Below the pieces are notes generated by a model. The model did not search any database and was not told where the DNA came from. It saw only the letters and a list, made by a program, of their open reading frames with translations. Both the position numbers and the translations under genes were made by a program. From positions 460,448 through 524,447 of the forward strand of contig NIVC01000530.1 in NCBI GenBank assembly GCA_002269645.1: a stretch of 64,000 bases of DNA. The letters are read 5' to 3'. Position 1 is the stretch's first letter. Each line of letters starts with the position of its first letter. Positions 15,580 to 25,462 of this stretch are shown here, one piece after another. This DNA is from Macrostomum lignano (taxonomy: Eukaryota).

Positions 15580-16355
15580 ATAACCGGAAGTGGATTATTC
15601 GCAGTTGGTTAAAGGAACTGGAAATGAGTTAGAAGCAGTTTACTAACCGGAAGTGAAGATATTAGCAGTTTATTAACCGGAAGAGAAAATATAAGCAGTT
15701 TACTAACCGGAACTGGAGAAATTAGCAGTTTATGAAACGGAAGTGGATTATTATCTTTTTATTGACCGAAAGTGGATTATTAGCAGGTTATTGACCGGAA
15801 GTGGGTTAGTAGCTATTTATAAACCGGAAGTAGATTATTAGCTGTTTATTAACCGGAAGTGGGTTAGTAGCTATTTATTAACCGGAAGTAGATTATTAGC
15901 TGTTTATTAACCGAAAGTCGATTATTAGCTGTTTATTAACCGGAAGTAGATTATTAGCTGTTTATTAACCGGAAGTGGATTATTAGCTGTTTATTAACCG
16001 AAAGTAGATTATTAGCTGTTTATTAACCGGAAGTGGGTTAGTAGCTATTTATAAACCGGAAGTAGATTATTAGCTGTTTATTAACCGGAAGTGGGTTAGT
16101 AGCTATTTATTAACTGGAAGTAGATTATTAGCTGTTTATTAACCGGAAGTAGATTATTAGCTGTTTATTAACCGGAAGTGGGTTAGTAGCTATTTATTAA
16201 CCGGAAGTGGGTTAGTAGCTATTTAACCGGAAGTGGGTTAGAAGCTATTTATTAACCGGAAGTGGGTTAGTAGCTATTTATTAACCGGAAGTAGGTTAGT
16301 AACTATTTATAACCCGGAAGTGGATTATTAGCTGTTTATTAACCGGAAGTGGGTC
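15580..16355. repeat. 29-30-bp minisatellite in the XPB intron; most units contain CCGGAAGT
   Basis: AACCGGAAGTAGATTATTAGCTGTTTATT-type units, ~25 copies, ending ~40 bp before the Polinton. Confidence 0.9.
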
Positions 16356-16393
16356 CTCAAGTGGGTTACTGGTGGCTTGATGAACTGCAAGCT

Positions 16394-16733
16394 AGTAGTA
16401 GGGCGAATTATGATACTGCCGCACTAGCACTGGCGAGATAGGCGGCAATGCAAATGTATAGGGAAAAATACACTGCGGAGATATGAGCCCTATCTCTGTG
16501 CATTGGGGACGGCTAAGCACTGCAGAGATATGAGCTCTATCTCTGTGCATTGGGGACGGCTAAGCACTGCAGAGATATGAGCTCTATCTCTGTGCATTGG
16601 GGACGGCTAAGCACTGCAGAGATATGAGCTCTATCTCTGTGCATTGGGGACGGCTAAGCACTGCAGAGATATGAGCTCTATCTCTGTGCATTGGGGACGG
16701 CTAAGCACTGCAGAGATATGAGCTCTATCTCTG
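16394..16733 (+). repeat. Left TIR with six 47-bp internal units
   Basis: Reverse complement of 32724-33065 except for one AGT unit and one homopolymer base. Confidence 0.95.
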
Positions 16734-17106
16734 TGCATTGGGGACGGCTAAGCACTGCGGAGATAGAGGCGATTCATGATACTGCCGCACTAGCGCTGGC
16801 GAGATAGGCGGCAAAAAGGATATAGGAAAAATACACTGCGGAGAGGATCCTATCTCTGTGCATTGGGAACGGCTAAACATTGCAGAGATAAGAGGGGTGG
16901 CCAATCTCTGTGCTCTGTGTTAGGGTAAGGTTATAAAGTTTTACAACTGCACAGAGGACGGCTGGTGTTGCTTACCTGGATAAGGGGACGGGGGGATACA
17001 CTAATTACAGCCAGTGGCCTCTATAACGGTAAAGTAATTATTACCTGAGCATGGCTGGATGTTCATATACGATATGATAAGGAGAGGGCATGCATGTACA
17101 AATTAC

Positions 17107-17114
17107 TATATAAG
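17107..17114 (+). promoter_or_regulatory. TATA box (TATATAAG) upstream of the 448-aa ORF
   Basis: ~100 bp before ATG 17216; the same 8-mer precedes two other accessory genes. Confidence 0.55.
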
Positions 17115-17215
17115 CAGCCACGCAAGTACAAATAAACAAATAGACAAAAACAAATTGTATAAAAGGATTTTTAAAAACCTTACTACTTCTAAAAAACAAC
17201 TCTTTCTCTTTCAAA

Positions 17216-18562
17216 ATGAAAACTTTTAAAAGTTGTCATAGAGACCTCTATGAGGTCTGTATAAGCTGCGAAGTGTGCCTGCTTGGAGGCGTGTCCCCAA
17301 GACACCACGAGAATGAGAACTGTCTGGTCTCATGCTGGTTGGCATGCGACCAGTGCGGCACCGTCGAAGCTCTGCAGGAGGGAAAAATTCCAGCATATCA
17401 TCGAGGACACAAGATCGTCAGCGATGACAAGAAAAAGCAAGAAAGTAACCGCTGGAAAGTAATCCGCGCCATCAAAAAGAGCAACGAGAGAGAAAAGAAG
17501 AGCCAGCAGAAAAAGGGAGCCAGCAGGAGTCTGCTATCAGCTCACTTGAGTCAAGTAATTGACTCTACATTGAAGAGGATGAGGCCAAGCGGGTCTTCAG
17601 CAGCTGCAGAATTTGAAGTTGAGCTGTCTGCTGGAGTCGAGGCTGCTGGAGTCGAGGCTGCTGGAGTCGAGGCCGCTGGAGTCGAGGCTGCTGGAGTCGA
17701 GGCTGCTGGAGTCGAGGCTGCTGGAGTCGAGGCCGCTGGAGTCGAGGCTGCTGGAGTCGAGGCTGCTGGAGTCGAGGCTGCTGCTGTCATAAACTTCATA
17801 GAGGAAGATGTCCTGGATCAGTTCCTCAGGGAATTCAACGCTGGTCAGCAGCAGCAGCAGCAGCAACCTGTCTCTTCGGTTCCGGTGATTGCTGGAAAAC
17901 AACTTCATCTAATTGAAGACGACCACGAAATGGAAATCCTAGAAGAGGAGGGCAGCGACAATGAGTCGCATAATGCAATTGTGCCACCTGCAGCTCCAGC
18001 CGCCCCAGCTGCTCTGGCCGCCCCAGCTGCTCTGGCCGCCCCAGCTGCTCTGGCCGCCCCAGCTGCTCTGGCCGCCCCAGCTGCTCTGGCCGCCCCAGCT
18101 GCTCCAGCCGCCCCAGCTGCTCTGGCCGCCCCAGCTGCTCCAGCCGCCCCAGCTGCTCTGGCCGCCCCAGCTGCTCTGGCCGCCCCAGCTGCTCTGTCCG
18201 CCCCAGCTGCTCTGTCCGCCCCAGCTGCTCTGGCCGCCCCAGCTGCTCTGGCCGCCCCAGCTGCTCTGGCCGCCCCAGCTGCTCTGGCCGCCCCAGCTGC
18301 TCTGGCTGCCCCAGCTGCTCCAGCCGCCCCAGCTGCTCTGGCCGCCCCAGCTGCTCCAGCCGCCCCAGCTGCTCTGGCCGCCCCAGCTGCTCTGGCTGCC
18401 CCAGCTGCTCCAGCCGCCCCAGCTGCAGCCTCTACAATTCCAGCTTCTCAATCCGAAACTCCACCCGTGCCAGCTGGAGTTGCCTTCTTTCTGCCTCCTG
18501 TCGGCGGGGCTGGGTACGAGGTAACGATTTTCGAAAATCGTATTAGAATTGTGCCGCTGTGA
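17216..18562 (+). CDS. Polinton accessory protein, 448 aa: Cys/His-rich N-terminus, basic patch, (AGVEA)n, acidic tract, (APAALA)n
   Basis: Uninterrupted ATG-to-stop ORF; internal repeats are 15 and 18 bp and so preserve frame; TATA box upstream. Confidence 0.75.
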   Translation: MKTFKSCHRDLYEVCISCEVCLLGGVSPRHHENENCLVSCWLACDQCGTVEALQEGKIPAYHRGHKIVSDDKKKQESNRWKVIRAIKKSNEREKKSQQKKGASRSLLSAHLSQVIDSTLKRMRPSGSSAAAEFEVELSAGVEAAGVEAAGVEAAGVEAAGVEAAGVEAAGVEAAGVEAAGVEAAGVEAAAVINFIEEDVLDQFLREFNAGQQQQQQQPVSSVPVIAGKQLHLIEDDHEMEILEEEGSDNESHNAIVPPAAPAAPAALAAPAALAAPAALAAPAALAAPAALAAPAAPAAPAALAAPAAPAAPAALAAPAALAAPAALSAPAALSAPAALAAPAALAAPAALAAPAALAAPAALAAPAAPAAPAALAAPAAPAAPAALAAPAALAAPAAPAAPAAASTIPASQSETPPVPAGVAFFLPPVGGAGYEVTIFENRIRIVPL

Positions 18563-19446
18563 CTAAGCAATTTTTGTACTTTTTTGCTTTCTGTGTGGAG
18601 TGAGAAATCTACCCATTTATTGCAATTATTGCTAAAACTTTATTTCAACTAGCTTTTTAAAGTTGAAAGTAGGTACATTAATTAATGATTTGATCATCTC
18701 ATAACTCTGTATTCGCTTCTAGGAATCTTGCTTATAAGTTTTCAGTTTTCATTTCCAAATTAGTTTTAAAAAAAGCTCGTAGCTCGTAGTGGCAACCAAT
18801 ATTTTTTTGGTATCCGAGGTAAAAAAAAATTATTTGAAAAGTAGGTGAAACATTATACAGTTGAATTTAACAAATTAAAATCAACATAACATACTTTCAA
18901 TAAATTGGTGATGGTTTCGTATGCTTGGTGCGATTGATTAGGTATAATTTTCTTTCTACTGCTTTGATGCGGTGTTTCCTCATTCTTTAATTATTGAACT
19001 TTTCAGCTATATTTCTGCTTCTAAACTCTCGTCTGTATTTGTAATTCATTGTTCCATGCATTGTTTATTGACTATGATTGCACCATGTGAATTCGATATT
19101 TTTTTAAAATATATATATATAATGTCAGCATTTTTCCACTCGGTGATTGGTTTGTTAATTAACTATTGGCTTCATTTTGCATTTTTTACCGATTGAGTCT
19201 GCGTAGGAGGCAAATAGAAACGAACTTTTACGAATAGGGATCAATAGAATATGCATGCAGAGAGCTAGCTTAAGGGAGAACCAAAAAAATATAACCAGCA
19301 TCTACTAGCTTGTAAGTGTGGATATTGTACCAGTATTGCAGCAATAAAGACTTACGAAAAAAGATTTCAAATATTCACTCCCAGTTGCTTATGACACTCA
19401 GTTGCAGCCAGTAAACACTGTCAGCTTTTAACTGCTTGCCTTTTCT

Positions 19447-19807
19447 ATGGTTGAGCACTCCTGGATGGAGCAGGAGAATGACCACTCATGGATGGAGAAT
19501 GACCACTCATGGATGGAGAATGACCACTCATGGATGGAGAATGACCACTCATGGATGGAGAATGGCCACTCGTGGATGGAGGATGACCACTCGTGGATCG
19601 AGTATGACCACCCTTGGGTGGACCATGACGTCAGCAGCGAGTCAGCAGCCAGCAGCGAGTCGGCAGCCAGCAGCGAGTCGGCAGCCAGCAGCGAGTCAGC
19701 AGCCAGCAGCGAGTCAGCAGCCAGCAGCGAGTCAGCAGCCAGCAGCGAGTCAGCAGCCAGCAGCGAGTCAGCAGCCAACAGCGAGTCGGTGACTGATGCA
19801 CACCAAG
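19447..19807 (+). CDS. Putative first exon of pPolB encoding (DHSWME)n and (SSESAA)n repeats
   Basis: ATG at 19447; consensus donor AG|GTAAGT at 19807/19808; acceptor TAG|GC at 19998/19999 in the same phase (1). Confidence 0.55.
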
Positions 19808-19998
19808 GTAAGTGCCTTTATTTATCCTTTTCAACTTACTTAAAAATTTTCTTATCAATGCGATGTATATTATGCAGTCTAAAATTTTAGTCCAAAGAAT
19901 GGGAGAAGGGGAGATAAAAGACTTTATACCGGTAGGGTTGTACATGTATGCTTGGGTACAGACGTTTAGTTTAGTATCTTTGATATTTGAAACTATAG

Positions 19999-22900
19999 GC
20001 AGCAAAAAACAAAAATATTATCCTAAAACCACAAACCAGGTTCAACAGTCAGCTTCAGCAGAGTTGCCCAAGCCTATGATCAATCACTGGAAATACTGAG
20101 GCTCAGATCGAGTCACCCAGACACGCTTCCGTCAGAATTTTTTGTCCAAGCTGGAGACAAAATTATTGAGGCAGTTCAGCAAAGAATTTCAAGACATCAT
20201 TACAAAGTTCAGCTAAAGGTGAATATTCGAATGGTCCGAATAAGAGATGGGGAGATGCTTGCCGAAGAGGACAGATGGATAAGCTGTAAAATGCAGGCCC
20301 TAGACCTAGGTGGTGAAGCAGGCCGTTTAAACAACTGGTTGATTGAGCAGGAGCAGGAGTTGGAGAGGATCTGTAGTATGATTAATACGAACGGCAGTGG
20401 CTGGACAATTAAACAAATTAATTTTCTAGACATCAACCTTGCCAGGTACAATCCAATTCGATTTCGCCAGGGCAGAGCCGTTAGATTCAATCTTCCTGCC
20501 AGTTTGAAGAACAAAAAGGCTGTTATCAATCCACCGAGCACAGGCAAAGACTGTTTCCTGTACGCCTGTCTCGCTGCACTGCACAGCGCCGATCCGAAAG
20601 TTCAGAAATCGCCCAACAGAATATCCTCTTACGATGAATGGTTGCGTGAGCTGGACTTTGCAGAAATCTCCATGCCAGTGAGTGTCGCTGATATCGATCG
20701 CGTCGAGTCTAACAATCCAGGAATTTGCATTTCTGCGTTCTCTTGGCAGCAGGGCAGTGTGACTCTTCTCCGTCGCCGCAAGCATGAGTCAGATGACCGA
20801 AGACACCTCATGCTTTTGCTAGTTAAAGACAGCTACGGATCGGAGCACTGGTGTGCAATTACTAATTTTGACAGGTTAATGAACAGTCGTAATGGTCCCG
20901 CCATGAGGAAGTGGTGCACGAAATGTTTAACATCATTTTATAGCAACGAGAGGCTTCAAGAGCACAGGAACGAATGCAGCATTACTGCAGAAAATCCTGT
21001 CAAAGAAACGCTTCCAGTTCCAGGACAGAATGAAATAAAGTTCCGAAACTGTCAAAACACTGTCAGTCCACCATTCGTTGCCTATGCCGACCTGGAAGCC
21101 ATTTTGCGAGCGAACACAGACCCTGCTAACCTGATCTCAAAGCATGAACCATGTGCAGCAGCTTTTCTTGCAGTGCCTCGTGAAGGCATGACAGGACCTC
21201 CGCTTAGGCCAGAAGGAGACATGTACAAGGTCTTTTGCAATGCGGACCCTGATGAGTGTATCCTTGGTTTTCTCAAATCTCTTGAAAGCCTGGCTCAGGA
21301 TATATTTCACTGGAACCAGAAGCATAGCCACCAGCCGGCTGACCGATCATCCGCGACCGTCATGGATGATTTCAATTCTGCTGAGGTATGTCACTACTGC
21401 AAGAAGAACTTTAAAAGTTCTACAGATAAACATTTTGACCACGATCATTTAAATGGACAGTACAAAGGTGCAGCATGTCAAGAATGCAACCTGCGAGCAC
21501 AGCTCCGACGCCGGTTTCTGCCCCTGGTTTTTCACAACTTAGGCGGCTACGACCTTCATCTTCTACTTTCCACTGCGCTTGGGAGCATGAAAAATTGGAA
21601 ACTTAGTGTTGTTCCGCAATCATCCGAGCGATACTTGTCACTAAGGGCGGAATTCCCTGTTGCAAGTTACGTAAAGAACGGAAAAGTTGTGCCAATCATG
21701 TTTACAATTCAGTTCATCGACTCGCTCTGCTTTTTGAAGGGAAGTTTGTCCAATTTGTTTGCTAATCTTCCCGAAGCTGAATGCAAGCTGACAATGCAAA
21801 TGCTTGAGTCAAGACCACATCTTTCAAGAGAGCTACTTCGAAAAAAAGGGATTTTCCCATATGATTACCTCACAGGATTTGAGATTCTCGAGCAGTCGGT
21901 TTTGCCGCCTAAAGATGCTTTTTTTAATCGACTTTCCGATCGGGGAATTTCCGACGACGACTACAATAGAGCAAGAGCGGCATGGGCGGCATTTCAATGC
22001 AAAAGTTTGAAGGATTATATGCTCGCCTATCTTGAAATGGATGTAAGGCAGCTGGCTGACATTTTCGAGACATTCCGACAGGCCAGTCTGAAAGAGGACG
22101 GATTGGATCCGGTACACTACTTTACTACTCCTGGTTTGTCTTACGACTCAGCTCTAAAGTCGACTGGAGTGGTTCTAGAGCAGCTGACTGATGCTGACAT
22201 GTATCATCTGTTTGAGAAGGGAATACGAGGAGGCATGTCCTTCATTAATGTGCATTGCGTCAAAGGTAATAATCCTAGCTTGCCAGGTTATGATGATCAG
22301 CAAGAGAGTGTAAGCCTCATGCGATCGATATGAACAACTTGTATGGCTTTGCCCTGTCGCTTCCGCTTCCATGCAGGGAATTCAGGTGGGTACCGGAACA
22401 GGAAATCCAGTTCTGGGACTCCAATCGGTTTCTGTCACTCAATCCAGAAGCCGAGATCGCCTACCTTGTTCAACTCGATCTAGAATACCCAGCTGAGATT
22501 CACGATTCGACTCAGGAGTTACCGTTTGCACCTGAAAAATCAAAACCACAGCCAGATCAATTCTCGCCGTACATGGCCGAACTATGGAAAGAGATTGCTG
22601 AACAGCGAACTGGCAATGCTGAAGCTAAGTTTCAAGCAACGGAGAAGCTTCTACTCACCTGTACCGACAAGGATTCTTACGTAGTTCACAGCACCGTTTT
22701 AAGATTTTACCTGCAACACGGAATGCGGATCAAGTGCGTCAAAAAATGATTTCGTTCAAGCAGGAAAATATTTTCGCGCCGTACATTGCCAGCAACAATG
22801 AAAAAAGAGCTTTGGCAACTTCCGAGTTTGCTAAGGATTTTTACAAATTGAAAAACAATTCTCTCTTTGGAAAAACTATGGAGAACGTTCGAAAAAGATG

Positions 22901-23687
22901 CGATGTTCGAATTTGCACTAACCAGACTCAAGCAGAAACTTGCGCCTCTCGACCAAACTGTGCCGCATTCTCGATTATCAATGAGTCGTTGAGCATTTTT
23001 CAGCTCAAAAAAGATAAAGTCACGCTTGACAAGGCCATTTTCGTTGGCCAGGCAGTTCTCGATCTCTCTAAGATGGCCATGTACAGCCTACTATATGACA
23101 GGCTCCGACCGCTGTTCTGTCATTCAGACGGTTCCAGAGACATGATGCTTTGCGGAGGTGATACTGACTCATTTTTTCTAGCTTTCAAGAATCATGATTT
23201 AACATCGGAGGTAATCCCGAAGCTTAGAGAGGAAAAAATACTTGACACATCCAACTATTCTCGAGACCATCCGCATTTCTCTGAAGAGTTAAAAGGAAAG
23301 CTGGGCTGCGTTAAAGATGAATCTGCTGGTGGAATTTACCAGGAGTGGATTCTTTTGCGTCCAAAACTTTATTCGTTTCTCCCTGCCGAGAATTCGAGTG
23401 CAAAGATCAAGAAAACTGCCAAAGGCGTGAAGCAGTCAGTAGTAAGACAGCAAATTTCGCATGCGAACTATGTCGACGCGTTCGAGTCCAAGCAAGAGCA
23501 GATGGTTGCCATGACAGCGATTGTTTCCAAGAAACACGAAATCTTCACGTCGGTCATGGAGAAAAGAAGCCTATCGGTGTGGGAGGATAAGCGAGTGTGG
23601 CTTAGCAGTAATCGAAGCCTGCCCTACGGACACTATGCGCTGACGCCCGCATCCCACGATCAGCTGAAGCGCATCCGACTGGTCTAG
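19999..23687 (+). CDS. Protein-primed family B DNA polymerase (pPolB), broken by three apparent 1-nt deletions (~20025, ~22322, ~22745)
   Basis: ExoI YADLE, ExoII FHNLGGYD, ExoIII Y..MDV; motif A IDMNNLYG, motif B KLKNNSLFGK, motif C GDTDS; EndoVII-like CHYC...DHDH...G..C..CN. Confidence 0.95.
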
Positions 23688-24269
23688 TGCGGGTGTTTAA
23701 CAGACTGTTTAGTACTTTTTCTTGCTTTTAGAGTTGTTTAAATTGCCAAATTCTGTTTTAAATGTAGTGACTTGCATGTAGTAACTTTTACAAATTTGTA
23801 TGCTTGGCTAATTGCGCTAGATTTAGCTGTCAATTTGTTTTTGCGGCGTGAAATATTGATATCAATTTAAGTTTTACTTTTTATAAAGCTGTGTGGCAAG
23901 TGCGCTCATACAATATTAATTCATTTTTGTTTGCTTTGTGTACTACTTGTTTAAAATGTGTTTTTGGTTTTTATCTGACACAAATTGTTCCTGTAAATTC
24001 AATCAGCGTTTTAATCATATTTTCTCTATCACTTTTCTATTTCTCTTCTCTCGGTGCACATCGTTTGTTATAACGATGGTAGTATTGTTTACTTTCGGAT
24101 TTGATATGCGTTTTGCGATACTTTTGGTGATGGGCTAAATACGTTTTTGAAGTGTTCCATAGCTGTCTGCCTGGGAAAATGAATGTAAAGAATACCAAGT
24201 TTATCCTTTTATTCACTTTTCACTAATCATTGAAATATTTGCGGCAAATTGCTTGACTTGACTTTATTT

Positions 24270-24842
24270 TTATTCAATGGAAAGAACTACATTGAGTAGA
24301 CGCATGCTATCGGTATGCAACTGATTCAAGGACCGAGCTCCACTGAGAACAAAAGAGCCGCTGTGAAAAAGCAGACATTTACAAAAGTTTAAATTGAAAA
24401 TTAAAGCAGAAAAGGATTCTGGTTCATATTCGGCGTTTGGGATAATTGATTTTAACATTAATAAGGAAAGTGCGGAATGAACTGGGAGCTGTCCATGAGC
24501 AGTAATAGTTTTAATTCGAACACAAATTGTTTGATGAGGCAGCAGTTGAGCCGGCACTCTCCGATGCAGCATAGCCACGAAGCGACGGGCAGCCCTTTTG
24601 GCGTCTGCGTGGGTCTTGGCACCGCAGATGCTCAGTTGCCCAGTAGGGTAGAGTAGGAGAGTCACTCTGGGAATCCGCATCCGCTTGATGAGCACCCGGG
24701 GCCAGACGGGCCGGTAGATCACATGAGCCATGCTGAGAGCCAGTTCCCGTAGAGGCAGCTGAGCGCCCCTGCCACCATCCAGTCTCAGATCTACTCCGCC
24801 AACCAGATTGGTCACTCTTAGGGCTGTAGCTGGTGGGCTCAT
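24270..24842 (-). CDS. Divergent TATA-box-binding protein (TBP) homolog encoded by the Polinton, ~190 aa from ATG 24842
   Basis: Two TBP repeats: VTNLVGGVDL...IYRP...LLLYPTGQLSICGAK...AKRAARRF and IKTITA...EYEPESFSALIF...LLFHSGSFVLSGAR. Compare TBP QNIV...EYNPKRF...LIFSSGKMV.TGAK and QN.V...SYEPELFPGLIY...LIFVSGKVVLTGAK. The stop lies in an AATAAA with a second AATAAA following. Confidence 0.88.
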   Translation of the reverse strand: MSPPATALRVTNLVGGVDLRLDGGRGAQLPLRELALSMAHVIYRPVWPRVLIKRMRIPRVTLLLYPTGQLSICGAKTHADAKRAARRFVAMLHRRVPAQLLPHQTICVRIKTITAHGQLPVHSALSLLMLKSIIPNAEYEPESFSALIFNLNFCKCLLFHSGSFVLSGARSLNQLHTDSMRLLNVVLSIE

Positions 24843-24883
24843 TTCGATCGTCAACTTCTTCACCAAATCTGCTTCTGCCAACT

Positions 24884-25362
24884 TTACTGCTCGTGTGCCA
24901 CGGACACTGCTCGCTTCTTAAGTTGATGCAGAACTTTGGCTTAAGCCAACTGTAGTGCAGCAACGAATTTCTCACTGCACAGCCAGTATCTGAATCTTCA
25001 GTCGAGGGTGCTCCCAAATCTTCTAGGTTATAAACCTGTCTTCCAAGCAGCTCAGTCAGAAAAATCGACTTCCTTTCCCCATTTGACCAGATCGGACCAC
25101 TGGCAATGCTCAGAATGTCTTCCGCCAGTTCCATGTACGGACGGGTTCCATCATTCCACTTAAACTGGTGCAGACTCTTAGATAGCTGTCTGTAGTAAAC
25201 TCGCATGTCAGGTGAGACTCTCTCCCATGGATACGGAGGTGCGTACACATGGTGAGCAATGTGGTAGCTCCCCGCTCTGATTTGAACAACTGCCAACTCC
25301 TTCACAACAAATTTTTTGCTTGTGCTGTTGCACGGGAATCCTTGGAAGTCAATGTAGTTCAT
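24884..25362 (-). CDS. Polinton accessory protein resembling a DEDD/RNase H-fold exonuclease; probable 1-nt deletion near 24941
   Basis: IDFQGF...FVVKELA...APPYPW...HQFKWNDG...NLEDLGAP...CAVRN pattern, recalled from invertebrate Maverick ORFs. Restoring one A gives ...SWLKAKVLHQLKKRAVSVAHEQ* with stop at 24884-24886. Confidence 0.6.
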
Positions 25363-25403
25363 GATGCAGCTTTCCTTCGAAAATTTCGGAGTCAGTCCAC
25401 CTT

Positions 25404-25411
25404 CTTATATA
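25404..25411 (-). promoter_or_regulatory. TATA box (TATATAAG) upstream of the exonuclease-like/TBP pair
   Basis: ~42 bp before ATG 25362. Confidence 0.55.
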
Positions 25412-25462
25412 CTTTTCTGGCAGGCAATTTCAGCCAGGCTGTGTTGCTCCCGTACCCCTTGA

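Noticed and set aside
18600-19400. AT-rich ORF 18972-19196 and similar ORFs at 23891-24138
   Set aside because: Intergenic/UTR-like composition with no motifs.
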